Of a stretch of DNA of 64,000 nt, positions 28,013 to 37,469 are shown in pieces (position 1 is the first letter of the stretch; each line of letters opens with the position of its first letter). The notes beneath the pieces were generated by a model. That model had not been told where the DNA came from. It made no database searches and was given only the letters and a program-made list of their open reading frames with translations. This stretch comes from an uncultured Gemmatimonadales bacterium (GTDB lineage Bacteria; Gemmatimonadota; Gemmatimonadetes; Longimicrobiales; RSA9): NCBI GenBank assembly GCA_963783305.1, contig CAWAMW010000013.1, forward strand, positions 97,919-161,918. Reading direction: 5' to 3'. The translations under genes and the position numbers were made by a program.

Positions 28013-28752
28013 GGGAGGGTTTCTCCCCGCTCCGGGTCCTTCCGGCGCACCAGGATCGTCAGCCAGCCGATCAGGAAGATCGCCGCGAAGCTGAACCACT
28101 GGATCGCGTAGGAGAGGTGCGGCCCCGGCTCGGGCGCGGGCGCATCCAGCAGCACCGGCAGCTCGGTGGCCGGGTCCGGCGCCGCCGGTCCCGTCGGCGC
28201 CACAGTCGCCCGCAGGTAGAGTGGTGACACCGGGTAGGGGTACTGCTCTCGTATGGCCGCGCCCGCGAAACGGTACCAGGTGGTCCTGAAACCCGCCGGC
28301 CGCTCCACGTCGACATCCGGGAACGGCATGAGCACTCCCTCTACCGTCACCCGTCCCGAAATGGCGACGCTCGCCGCATCCACACTCGCCGCGTCCGGCG
28401 CCGGCAGCCATCCGCGGTTCACCAGGATCGAGGCCGCCCCCGTCCGCAACGGGACCAGCAGGTACGCCCCTGGCGCCCCGCCATGGCTTCGCCCCGCCAG
28501 CACGACGGAGCGGTCCGCGTCCAGCTCCCCTTCGATCGTAACCCGACGGTACGTCAGTCCTGCCGTGTCCAGCGGCGCGTCCCCCAGCGGCACGGGCTCT
28601 GCCGCGAGTCGCTGGGCAAGGGCCGTATTGAGGGCGAGGCGGTCCTCGCGGCGCTCCAACTGCCAGAGACCGAGGCGAACGCAAACCACTGCGACAATGA
28701 GCACGATCACCGTGCCGAGGATGCCGGACCGGGTCAACTCGAGACTCTTCAT
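28009..28752 (-). CDS. SURF1 family cytochrome oxidase assembly protein
   Basis: LGLWQLERR, LVNRGW, HLSYAIQWF. Confidence 0.92.
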   Translation of the reverse strand: MKSLELTRSGILGTVIVLIVAVVCVRLGLWQLERREDRLALNTALAQRLAAEPVPLGDAPLDTAGLTYRRVTIEGELDADRSVVLAGRSHGGAPGAYLLVPLRTGAASILVNRGWLPAPDAASVDAASVAISGRVTVEGVLMPFPDVDVERPAGFRTTWYRFAGAAIREQYPYPVSPLYLRATVAPTGPAAPDPATELPVLLDAPAPEPGPHLSYAIQWFSFAAIFLIGWLTILVRRKDPERGETLP

Positions 28753-28844
28753 GGGGTTGAGTCTCCCGCATTCGCGGCCGCTCCGCCAGTCCCGGCCGCG
28801 CCGTAGCTTGACCGCAGCCGATCCACCTGGAGGCGAGGAGTACC

Positions 28845-30218
28845 ATGGGAACCATGAAGAGCGTCAACCCGACCACCGGCGAAGTGCTGGCTCGCTACGA
28901 GACCCTCACGCCAGAGCGGCTGAGCGAAAAGCTGGAGCGGGCCCGGGAGACTTTCCGGTCCTACCGCGCTGGCGCTCTCGAGGAGCGGGCGCGCTTAATG
29001 CGCGCGGTCGCCGATCGTCTCGACTCGGAGAAGCGGCGGTGGGGCGAGCTCATGACGCGCGAGATGGGAAAGCCGCTGTCCGCCGCCATGGCGGAAACGG
29101 AGAAGTGCGCCTGGGTCTGTCGGTACTACGCCGATCACGCCGCCGACTTCCTGGCCGATGAGATGGTCGAGGCCGACGCGGATCGGAGCTTCATCCGCTA
29201 TCAGCCGCTGGGGCCGGTGCTGGCCGTCATGCCGTGGAACTTCCCTTTCTGGCAGCTTTTCCGGTTCGCCGCTCCGGCCCTCATGGCCGGCAACGTCGCG
29301 CTCCTCAAGCACGCGTCCAACGTGCCCGGGTGCGCACTGGCGATCGAAGAGATTTTCAGGGCGGCCGGGTTCCCGGAGGGTGCGTTCCAGACCCTGCTCA
29401 TCGGCTCCGCGGACGTGGAGCGCGTGATCGCCGATGCGCGCGTCCGGGCCGTCACGCTCACCGGAAGCGAGGCCGCGGGCGCCGCGGTCGCTGCATCGGC
29501 CGGGCAACACATCAAGAAGACGGTGCTGGAGCTGGGCGGCAGTGACCCGTTCATCGTCATGCCGAGCGCCGACCTGGAGAAGGCGGTGGAAATGGCGGTG
29601 AAGGCGCGCCACATCAACAACGGGCAGAGCTGCATCGCGGCGAAGCGCTTCATCGTCCACGACTCCATTGCTGGTGAGTTCACCGCCCGGTTCGTGGAGC
29701 GCGCAGAGGCGCTCACCGTCGGCGATCCCATGGACGACGCAACCGACATCGGCCCGCTGGCCACCGAGGCCATCCGCGACGATCTGGCCGATCAGGTGCG
29801 GCGCTCGGAACAGGCGGGCGCCAGAATCCTGACGGGCGGACGCCCCATCGACCGCGACGGGTGGTTCTTTGAGCCCACAGTGCTCGCCGACGTGCCCGAT
29901 GATGCCGCCGCGGCCCGTGAGGAAACGTTCGGTCCCGTCGCCGCGATCTTCGTCGTCTCTTCACTCGACGAGGCCATTCACCGGGCCAACGCCACCGAGT
30001 TCGGCCTGGGCGCCAGCGCGTGGACGACCAATGCCGCCGAGCAGGAGCGGCTCGTGGGCGAGCTGGAAGCCGGGTGCGTCTTCATCAACCGGATCGTGGC
30101 CAGCGATCCGCGCCTCCCGTTCGGAGGTATCAAGAAGAGCGGGTACGGCCGCGAGCTCGCGCGCTACGGCATGCGCGAGTTCCTCAACATAAAGGCAGTG
30201 GGGGTGGACGCCCGCTGA
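28845..30218 (+). CDS. NAD(P)-dependent succinate-semialdehyde dehydrogenase-like aldehyde dehydrogenase
   Basis: MPWNFPFWQ, LKHASN, TGSE, LELGGSD, NGQSCIAAKR, EETFGP, PFGGIKKSGYGREL. Confidence 0.92.
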   Translation: MGTMKSVNPTTGEVLARYETLTPERLSEKLERARETFRSYRAGALEERARLMRAVADRLDSEKRRWGELMTREMGKPLSAAMAETEKCAWVCRYYADHAADFLADEMVEADADRSFIRYQPLGPVLAVMPWNFPFWQLFRFAAPALMAGNVALLKHASNVPGCALAIEEIFRAAGFPEGAFQTLLIGSADVERVIADARVRAVTLTGSEAAGAAVAASAGQHIKKTVLELGGSDPFIVMPSADLEKAVEMAVKARHINNGQSCIAAKRFIVHDSIAGEFTARFVERAEALTVGDPMDDATDIGPLATEAIRDDLADQVRRSEQAGARILTGGRPIDRDGWFFEPTVLADVPDDAAAAREETFGPVAAIFVVSSLDEAIHRANATEFGLGASAWTTNAAEQERLVGELEAGCVFINRIVASDPRLPFGGIKKSGYGRELARYGMREFLNIKAVGVDAR

Positions 30219-30257
30219 AGCCCTCCCTCTAGCCATGTGTCGATACGGCCGCCCGGG

Positions 30258-30286
30258 GATGTGACCCTCGGCGGCCCTCGCCCGTC
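30258..30286 (+). promoter_or_regulatory. Putative ECF-sigma promoter, copy 1 (GATGTGAC-N17-CGTC)
   Basis: gatgtgac cctcggcggccctcgcc cgtc, about 90 nt before the DUF4382 start; same boxes and spacing as 31495 and 33855. Confidence 0.75.
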
Positions 30287-30376
30287 CAGTACAACAGAGC
30301 CGCCACGCGCGGCACTGCAAACGCTACTGGGCGGCCGCCGGGTTCAGCGGTAAGCCCGAAACCAGGAGCATCAGCA

Positions 30377-31324
30377 ATGACCAGACGATTTCTGAAGGCG
30401 CTCACCATCGCGGCGGCCATGACTCCGCTGCTGACCGCATGCGACGACAGTACGGGTCCCGGGACCGGCATGTCTCAGTTCACCGTGCTGCTTACGGACG
30501 CACCTGGCGACATGGTCTCCGCGGTGGTGACCATCGAGTCCGTGTATCTGCAGGGCGAACTCGGCCAGCAAGAGGGCGGCGACCGCGTCTACCTGCGGGA
30601 AACGCCCGTGACGACGGACCTGCTGAACCTGGCCAACGACGCGCTCGCGCTGGTGGAGAACGAGGCCGTTCCGAGTGGGACGTACGGACAGCTCCGCTTC
30701 GTGATCAGCGGCGGCTACGTCGAAGTGGAGAATGCGGACGGCAGCACGTCCATCTTCGCCAGCGACGGATATGAGCACCTGCCGGATGGCCGCACTGCGG
30801 ACGGACATCTCCAGATGCCCAGCTACGCCCACAGCGGTCTGAAGGTCGACTTCGAGGGCGGGATCGAGATCGACGACTTCCAGGAGGTCGTGCTGATCGA
30901 CTTCGACGTCCACCAGAGCTTTGGCCACCAGGCCGGCAACTCGGGCCGGTGGGTCATGACGCCCATCGTGAAGGGCGCGAAGTACAACCTCGCCTCCCGC
31001 GTCGAGGCCACCCTGGCCCTGGCCGATGGCGTGACCCTGCCCGAGGTGGACGGATCCCAGCTCACCCTCGGCGACTTCAGCGCCCAACTGGTGGGCCCTG
31101 AGGGCAACGCGAAGGAGGCCGTGTTCGAGGACGTGGGTGGGGTGTATACCGCCCGCTTCCCCTATCTGCTGCCGGACGCGTCGTACCAGCTGAGCCTCAA
31201 GGTGCCGGCCGGAGCGACGGTGACCACCGACCTGGCGCTCCCCGTCGACGTGTTCACGGTTTCGGAGGAGGTCCACACGTTCGAGGTGACGATCACGGAG
31301 GCGGCTCTCAGCGAGTCCAGCTGA
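30377..31324 (+). CDS. DUF4382-type lipoprotein
   Basis: Lipobox LTAC; TVLLTDAPGD..VVTI..DLLNL..GTYGQLRF..PS..SGLKV..IDFDVHQSF..PIV, plus a beta-rich C-terminal domain. Confidence 0.85.
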   Translation: MTRRFLKALTIAAAMTPLLTACDDSTGPGTGMSQFTVLLTDAPGDMVSAVVTIESVYLQGELGQQEGGDRVYLRETPVTTDLLNLANDALALVENEAVPSGTYGQLRFVISGGYVEVENADGSTSIFASDGYEHLPDGRTADGHLQMPSYAHSGLKVDFEGGIEIDDFQEVVLIDFDVHQSFGHQAGNSGRWVMTPIVKGAKYNLASRVEATLALADGVTLPEVDGSQLTLGDFSAQLVGPEGNAKEAVFEDVGGVYTARFPYLLPDASYQLSLKVPAGATVTTDLALPVDVFTVSEEVHTFEVTITEAALSESS

Positions 31325-31350
31325 TCCGACCCGACGTCCCGGTGTACGCG

Positions 31351-31380
31351 GAAGGGGAGCCCGGTTCCGGGCTCCCCTTC
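31351..31380 (+). terminator. Hairpin/terminator after the DUF4382 gene
   Basis: GAAGGGGAGCCCG-GTTC-CGGGCTCCCCTTC perfect 13-bp stem; weak U-tract. Confidence 0.7.
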
Positions 31381-31494
31381 TGGCGTTCGGGCCGCGGCCA
31401 CCTGCCCCCACATCGCAGTTGTCGGGGTCGTGAAAGCGTTTTACCCTCCATCCGGGCCACCTGCCGTCCCACGGGCGCTCCATGCGGAGCATCG

Positions 31495-31523
31495 GATGTG
31501 ACGGTTCGAGGGACTGCATCGTC
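31495..31523 (+). promoter_or_regulatory. Putative ECF-sigma promoter, copy 2
   Basis: gatgtgac ggttcgagggactgcat cgtc, about 35 nt before the anti-sigma-like gene. Confidence 0.78.
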
Positions 31524-31557
31524 TCCAGGACGGAGGCTCCTTCAGAAACGGGCGGGT

Positions 31558-32208
31558 ATGATGAGCGACAGGATCCACGCCGCGCTGGACGGCGAGCTGC
31601 TTCCGGATGCACTGGATCCGGAGGAGCGACAGACGTACGAGCGGTTCCTGGCGGAGGCGGAGGCGGCGAGAGAGGTGCTATCCCGCCGGATGGCTCCGGA
31701 CCTCTCGCAGGCTGTCATGGCGGAGATCGATCGTCGAGAGGAGCGGAGTCGAGCGCCGGGTCCGGTCGGTGCGGCGTGGACGGCGGCCTGGCACTGGCTG
31801 GTCGCGCCTCGAGCCGTCATGCTGCGACCGGCCTACGCGCTGGCCGCGGCACTCGCTCTCGCGCTTGGCGCCGGGCTCGTCGTCGGCGCGGCCACGGGAG
31901 TGGACGGCGGCACGGTCGCCTCGAAGGGGGACGAGCCGCAGATCTACGTACGATTCGACCTCACGGCCGAGGCTGCAACCTCGGTGCGACTCGCCGGCAG
32001 TTTCACCGACTGGGCCCCCAGCATCGACCTGCAGCCTGCCGGGGCCGGGCGCTGGAGCGCTCTGGTGCCGCTACAGGCGGGGATCCACGACTACTCCTTC
32101 GTCATCGACGGCGATCAATGGGTCGCCGACCCCTCCGCGCCGACCGTGGCAGACGGCTTCGGAGGACAGAACAGCCGGCTCTCACTCGTGCTGGCGTCCA
32201 GCCTCTGA
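31558..32208 (+). CDS. Putative anti-sigma factor with one TM and a C-terminal CBM48/AMPK-beta-like glycogen-binding domain
   Basis: N-terminal RIHAALDGEL (anti-sigma-like helix, no HxxxCxxC), TM AYALAAALALALGAGLVVGA, then VRLAGSFTDW..GRWSALVPL..GIHDYSFVIDG.QWVADP..DGFGGQNS. Confidence 0.8.
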   Translation: MMSDRIHAALDGELLPDALDPEERQTYERFLAEAEAAREVLSRRMAPDLSQAVMAEIDRREERSRAPGPVGAAWTAAWHWLVAPRAVMLRPAYALAAALALALGAGLVVGAATGVDGGTVASKGDEPQIYVRFDLTAEAATSVRLAGSFTDWAPSIDLQPAGAGRWSALVPLQAGIHDYSFVIDGDQWVADPSAPTVADGFGGQNSRLSLVLASSL

Positions 32209-32213
32209 TCCGT

Positions 32214-33308
32214 ATGCTTCAGCGGCTGTTCGTGATGGGGGCCGCGAGCCTTGCCCTGCTTGCGCTCGGCACCGACGCCGCCAGCGCCCAGTGGGCGTTG
32301 GCCGCGTCCATCGGGGAGAGCCGGGAGGTCCAGCTCCCGGCGGACGCCGGGCTCCACTCCGCCCTCAGCCTCTTCGGGACGCTCTGGGACGGCGACATGA
32401 GCGTGCGGCTGTATGGCGGCGTCCCCTTCGCCCCACAGGAGGACGAGTCGTGGCTGGCGGCCGGCGCCACCGCCGACCGGCGATGGGGCGGCGGCCGAAT
32501 CGGACCCACGCTCCGCATCGACACGGAGACGTTCGGCTACCGCGATCCAGTCCTGGGCACCTTCGGGGGCGGTGGGATCGCGGAAGGCCTGGTGGGCCTC
32601 AGCACTGGATCCGGCGGCGTCTCGCTGCGGCTGGAAGCCGGTGCACGCGGCGCGTGGCTGACCACCACCACGGCCACCTCCACGGCGGTCCCCATGGCGG
32701 CGGCCACGATCGAGGGCTCTCGGGGGCCGCTCACGGCAGAATTGGTCGCGGATGCCCAGCGCGTGGAGGGTCTGCTCCTGCCGCGGGCCGGCGCCCGTGC
32801 CGTGCTGCGCCAGGACCGCTGGATGATCTGGGCCGGCATGAGTCGCTGGTTCGGCGACGCGTTCCATGAGTCCTCCTGGCAGGCGGGTGCACAGCTGCAG
32901 TGGGGCCGCTACGGGCTATTTACGCAGGCAGGCCGAACGGCACCCGACCCCCTCTTCTGGAATCCTGGACGGCGCACGTGGGCCGTGGGCGTGTCCCGGA
33001 GCCTCGGCGCCCGGCGCGCGCCGACCGGTGTCGTGCCGGCCACGAAGCCGGGGGGCGTAGTCCTGGAAGTGCCGGTGGCGCTGGCTCCGTCGGGACTCGC
33101 CGTCGCCGGCGAGTTCAGCGACTGGCGGCCCCTGCCGCTGCGACGTGTCGGCGGATCGTGGCAGCTCGCCCTCGATCTGAAGCCCGGGGTGTACCGATAC
33201 GCGTACGTCCGCGAGGACGGCAGCTGGTTCGTCCCGGAGGACGCCCCCGGGCGCCAACCGGACGGAATGGGGGGGCACGTGGCGCTGCTCATCGTCGGTG
33301 AGCCATGA
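32214..33308 (+). CDS. Exported beta-strand-rich protein (possible outer-membrane barrel) with C-terminal CBM48 domain
   Basis: Signal peptide ending ASA-Q; alternating Gly/aromatic strands; C-terminal VAGEFSDW..SWQLALDLKPGVYRYAYV..W..DGMGG. ATG at 32214. Confidence 0.72.
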   Translation: MLQRLFVMGAASLALLALGTDAASAQWALAASIGESREVQLPADAGLHSALSLFGTLWDGDMSVRLYGGVPFAPQEDESWLAAGATADRRWGGGRIGPTLRIDTETFGYRDPVLGTFGGGGIAEGLVGLSTGSGGVSLRLEAGARGAWLTTTTATSTAVPMAAATIEGSRGPLTAELVADAQRVEGLLLPRAGARAVLRQDRWMIWAGMSRWFGDAFHESSWQAGAQLQWGRYGLFTQAGRTAPDPLFWNPGRRTWAVGVSRSLGARRAPTGVVPATKPGGVVLEVPVALAPSGLAVAGEFSDWRPLPLRRVGGSWQLALDLKPGVYRYAYVREDGSWFVPEDAPGRQPDGMGGHVALLIVGEP

Positions 33309-33856
33309 GCGACCGTTCGGATGGCGCACTGGTGCGGGCATGCCTGGAGGGGGAGCGGAGCGCCTACGGGGAGCTCGTGGGGCGCCACCAGGATCGCCTC
33401 TACCGCCGGGCACTGGCCCTGATCGACGACCCGGATACGGCGGCGGACATGGTCCAGGAGGGGCTGGTGCGGGCCTATACCAGGATCCAGGGCTGCGAGG
33501 ATCCGGAGCGATTCGGTGGCTGGGTCTCGACCATCGTGCGCAACCTGTGCCTCGATTACATCCGTTCGCCGCGGAGCGGGCAGGCAAACGTCGACGATCT
33601 GCCCCTGGCGGAATCGGTGGGTGGTGGCCCGGTGGAGAGGCTCGAGACGGCCGACGCACGGCGGGCCGTCGAGGCCGCGCTCCAGAGGCTTCCCCCCCTC
33701 CTGCGGGAGGCCTTCCTGCTGAAGCACGTGGAGGGACTTTCATACCGCGAGATGGCCGAGGGGACCGGTGGCTCGGAGAGCGCGCTGAAGATGCGGGTGA
33801 AGAGAGCGCGCGAGGCGCTGCAGGACTCACTGGAGGGATATGCGCCGGTCCGCTGA
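33305..33856 (+). CDS. ECF-family RNA polymerase sigma factor
   Basis: Region 2 AADMVQEGLVRAY..FGGWVSTIVRNLCLDYIR; region 4 LPPLLREAFLLKHVEGLSYREMA..SALKMRVKRAR; ATGA overlap with the upstream gene. Confidence 0.95.
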   Translation: MSDRSDGALVRACLEGERSAYGELVGRHQDRLYRRALALIDDPDTAADMVQEGLVRAYTRIQGCEDPERFGGWVSTIVRNLCLDYIRSPRSGQANVDDLPLAESVGGGPVERLETADARRAVEAALQRLPPLLREAFLLKHVEGLSYREMAEGTGGSESALKMRVKRAREALQDSLEGYAPVR

Positions 33857-33883
33857 TGTGACGCCCGGACGCTCTTGCACGTC
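33855..33883 (+). promoter_or_regulatory. Putative ECF-sigma promoter, copy 3 (overlaps the sigma stop codon)
   Basis: gatgtgac gcccggacgctcttgca cgtc, about 50 nt before the next ATG. Confidence 0.78.
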
Positions 33884-33932
33884 TCTTAGATGGCCGACGG
33901 AAGGCGAAGGGACCTGTTTCCATGAAAAGACT

Positions 33933-34589
33933 ATGCCGATCCGAGTGATGTTCATCGTGTGCGCGGCTCTCCTGCTACCCGCAGCCGCAAGCAGTCAAGC
34001 CGCCGAGGTCCGGCTCGACCGTGCCCGCGCCGCGGTCGCAGAAGCGGGTGTGCCGCTGGAGCTCCTGGAATCGAAGGTGGCGGAAGGCCGGGCGAAGGGC
34101 GTGCCGATGGAGCGGATCGCCGTGGCCGTGGAGCAGCGGGCCAGTGCGCTGGTGCGAGGGCACGCGGCGCTGCTGCGCGCCGGCGCCGAGGCCGTCGCGC
34201 CCGCCGACATGGGAATGGCCGCCGACGCCCTCCAGGCCGGCGTGCCCGAAGCCGCCCTCGAACGGATCGCCTCGACCGCATCGGGAGATCGCCGTCTCGT
34301 CGCCCTCGCGGCCCTGGGACAGCTCGTGGGGGCGGGGATCCTCCCGGAGCGCGCACTGGCGCGGGTGGAAAGGGCCCTGGCACGCGGGCCGGAGGCAATG
34401 GCGCGGCTCCCCGCCCAGGCCCAGGCGGCTCAGGCCGGCCGTGGCGGGCCACCCGCGGGCGTGCCCGCGGCCGGGAAGCCCGCGGGCGCCGGCAAGCCCA
34501 AAGGCGTCGGAAAGCCGGGCGGTGGCCCTCCCGGCGGCGGCCCCCCTGGCGGTGGCCCTCCCGGCGGCGGCCCGCCTGGAATCCCATGA
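33933..34589 (+). CDS. Exported Ala-rich helical hypothetical protein with a (GGGPP)n tail
   Basis: Signal peptide MFIVCAALLLPAAASS; AGVPLELLESKVAEGRAKGVP; C-terminal GGGPP x4. Confidence 0.75.
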   Translation: MPIRVMFIVCAALLLPAAASSQAAEVRLDRARAAVAEAGVPLELLESKVAEGRAKGVPMERIAVAVEQRASALVRGHAALLRAGAEAVAPADMGMAADALQAGVPEAALERIASTASGDRRLVALAALGQLVGAGILPERALARVERALARGPEAMARLPAQAQAAQAGRGGPPAGVPAAGKPAGAGKPKGVGKPGGGPPGGGPPGGGPPGGGPPGIP

Positions 34590-34727
34590 CCGGAATCTGA
34601 CCGGGGTACAATGAATGGCAGCGGATAATGGCAGCGGGGCCTGGTGGCAAACTTCCCAGGCCCCGCTGCCATCTTCGTCATGGGCATACCGCGTCGGCCG
34701 GTGTGAACCGGCTCGCTGCCTCCGCCG

Positions 34728-37343
34728 TCAGTGCAGGTCGTGCGTCTTCCCCGGCCTGCTCTCCGGCGACAGCAGGATCTCCGGAAACGTCAGCGCCCCG
34801 TCCTGCAGCTCCGCACCCCGCAGCGCGTGCACCAGCGCCTCGCCCAGCGTCGCCGCCAGGTGGAACGTCATCTCGGCTGCGACCTCCGCCGGCAGGTCAT
34901 CCAGATCCGCCTCGTTGTCCTTCGGCAGGATCGCCTCACGGATCCCCGCCCGGTAGGCACCGAGCACTTTCTCCTTCACGCCGCCGATGGGCAGGACCCG
35001 CCCGGTGAGCGTGATCTCCCCCGTCATGGCGATGTCGTTTCGCACGGGACGGTCCGACAGCACCGACACCACCGATGTGGCCATGGCTACGCCCGCGGAC
35101 GGGCCGTCCTTCGGAACCGCTCCCGCCGGCACATGGATGTGCAGCTCGAGATCCTCGAACCGCTCCCGCGCGACCCCCAGCTGGGTAGCGTGGGTCTTGG
35201 CGTACGTGAGAGCGGCGCGCGCCGACTCCTTCATCACGTCGCCCAGCTGTCCCGTGAGGATCAGGTTGCCCTTCCCCTTCGAAGCGCTGCTCTCGACGAA
35301 CATGATGTCCCCGCCCATGGGCGTGTAGTACATCCCCGTCGCCACGCCCACCGTGTCCTCCTGCGCCGCCTCCTCGGGATGGACCCGCGGGCGCCCCAGC
35401 AGCGGCTGGATCTCGTCCGCCCCGATCTCGACCCGCTCGGCGTCGCCGCCGGCGATCCTGCGCGCGGCCTTCCGCGCCACCTTCCCGAGCTCCCGCTCGA
35501 GCTGGCGTACGCCGGCCTCACGCGTGTACTCGCTGATCACCCGCGTCACCGCGTCATCGTGCAGCTCGATCTGGTCCTCGTCCAGACCGTTCTCCTCCCG
35601 CTGCCTCGGCAGGAGATAGCGGCGGGCGATCTCCAGCTTCTCCTGCTCGGTATAGCCACTGAACTCCACCGTCTCCATCCGGTCCAGCAGCGGCGCCGGG
35701 ATCCGGTCACGGTAGTTGGCCGTGGCGATGAACAGCACCTCCGACAGATCGAACGGCATGCCGAGGTAATGGTCTGTGAATGAATGGTTCTGCGCCGGGT
35801 CCAGCACCTCCAGCAGCGCGGACGACGGGTCGCCCTGCATGGACGTGCCCAGCTTGTCCACCTCGTCCAGAAGGAAGACCGGGTTCTTCGTCCCCGCCTG
35901 CTTCAGCCCCTGGATGATGCGGCCGGGCATGGCGCCCACGTACGTCCGCCGATGGCCACGGATATCCGCCTCGTCCCGGGCGCCGCCGAGCGCGATCCGC
36001 ACATACTCGCGGTCCAGCGCACGGGCGATGGACTGGGCAATGGACGTCTTCCCCACGCCGGGAGGCCCGACGAAGAGCAGGATCGGCCCCTTTCCAACCG
36101 CACGCGCCCGGACCGGGTCACCCTTCTTCTTCGCGGGTGGCGCTTCCTCCACCGCCTCCGGCTCCTCCTCCGGGGGCTCGAGCTCCGTGCCGGGAAGGAC
36201 ACGGTCCTCACCCTCGATGCCCGTGCCCTCCGGCACCGCGGCCGTTTGCGCCACGACCGCGTTCTCTTCCTCCTCCTGCTCCTCCCGCTCCATTTCCGCG
36301 TCCCGGGCGGCCCGCTCCATCTGGAGCTTCCGCACGGCCAGGAACTCCAGCACCCGATCCTTCACGTCCTCCAGGCCGTAGTGATCCTCGTCCATGATCA
36401 CCTCGGCCCGGTCCATCACGATCTTGTCTTCGGTCCGATCGTTCCACGGCAGCTCGATGACCCAGTCCAGATAGGTCCGGATCACCTGGTACTCCGCCGA
36501 CTGCGGGTGGGTGCGGCGCAAACGGTTCAACTCCCGGTCCGCCTCCTGCCGCGCGGCCTCCGGCAGGTCCAGCGCCTCGATCTTGACCCGAAGCTCCTCG
36601 ACCTCGTTCTCCGCGTCCTCCTCACCCAGCTCCTTCTGAATGGCCTTCATCTGCTCTCGCAGGACCATCTCCCGCTGCTTCTCGCCCAGCTCCTCCTGTA
36701 CCTTCTGCTGGATCTCCTGCTGCGCCTCGAGACGCACCAGATCACGCTCCACATAGAGGAGGACCTGCCGCATCCGACTCTCCACCGGGAGCATCTCCAG
36801 CAGCTCCTGCTTCTCCTTCGCCGGCTGCTCCAGGTAGAACGCCACCATGTCCGCGAATCGGCCCGGCTCGCTGATGCCCTCCACCAGCTGTTCGAGCGCT
36901 TCGTCGGGGATCCCACGCAGACGACCCAGCTCCACCGACCGGTCCCGGAGCTCACGGTCCAGCGCCTTGTACGCCGGATCCTCCTCGTTCCATACCGGTT
37001 GCTCCTCGACCACGCGGACCACCGCCTCCAGCGCGCGCTCGCCATTCTCCGATATCTCCAGCGCCCGCGCACGTTCCTCCCCCTGGATCAGGAGCTGAAG
37101 CCCGCCCCGAACCCGCTGGGCCTGCACGACCCGCACGATTACACCGAACTCGTACAGCACATCCGGCGCGGCCTCGTCCACGTTCTCCTTCTGACACGCG
37201 GCGAACATCCGCCGGTCGCCATCCAGAGCGGCCTGGATCGCCTCGACTGTCCCCGGACGCCCGGCGCTGATCGGCACCGCTACACCCGGGAATACCACGG
37301 TCTCCCGCAGCGGCAGCACCGGCAGCCTTATCCTGTCACCCAT
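34728..37343 (-). CDS. lon: ATP-dependent Lon protease
   Basis: [66 protein letters not shown]. Confidence 0.97.
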   Translation of the reverse strand: MGDRIRLPVLPLRETVVFPGVAVPISAGRPGTVEAIQAALDGDRRMFAACQKENVDEAAPDVLYEFGVIVRVVQAQRVRGGLQLLIQGEERARALEISENGERALEAVVRVVEEQPVWNEEDPAYKALDRELRDRSVELGRLRGIPDEALEQLVEGISEPGRFADMVAFYLEQPAKEKQELLEMLPVESRMRQVLLYVERDLVRLEAQQEIQQKVQEELGEKQREMVLREQMKAIQKELGEEDAENEVEELRVKIEALDLPEAARQEADRELNRLRRTHPQSAEYQVIRTYLDWVIELPWNDRTEDKIVMDRAEVIMDEDHYGLEDVKDRVLEFLAVRKLQMERAARDAEMEREEQEEEENAVVAQTAAVPEGTGIEGEDRVLPGTELEPPEEEPEAVEEAPPAKKKGDPVRARAVGKGPILLFVGPPGVGKTSIAQSIARALDREYVRIALGGARDEADIRGHRRTYVGAMPGRIIQGLKQAGTKNPVFLLDEVDKLGTSMQGDPSSALLEVLDPAQNHSFTDHYLGMPFDLSEVLFIATANYRDRIPAPLLDRMETVEFSGYTEQEKLEIARRYLLPRQREENGLDEDQIELHDDAVTRVISEYTREAGVRQLERELGKVARKAARRIAGGDAERVEIGADEIQPLLGRPRVHPEEAAQEDTVGVATGMYYTPMGGDIMFVESSASKGKGNLILTGQLGDVMKESARAALTYAKTHATQLGVARERFEDLELHIHVPAGAVPKDGPSAGVAMATSVVSVLSDRPVRNDIAMTGEITLTGRVLPIGGVKEKVLGAYRAGIREAILPKDNEADLDDLPAEVAAEMTFHLAATLGEALVHALRGAELQDGALTFPEILLSPESRPGKTHDLH

Positions 37344-37453
37344 TCGTCATTTCCTTTCCATGCCGTTCCTGGGGGCTCCGCACTCGGCGGACTTACCCTG
37401 CGTCGCGCGTCCTGCCGTTCCGGACAGGTGCGCGGATTCCGTCCTGCATTAGA

Positions 37454-37469
37454 AGCACTATGCTTGCCA
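37454..37469 (-). promoter_or_regulatory. Candidate sigma-54 (-24/-12) promoter for lon
   Basis: Minus strand TGGCAAGCATAGTGCT (GG-N10-GC), about 110 nt upstream of the lon ATG. Confidence 0.4.
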
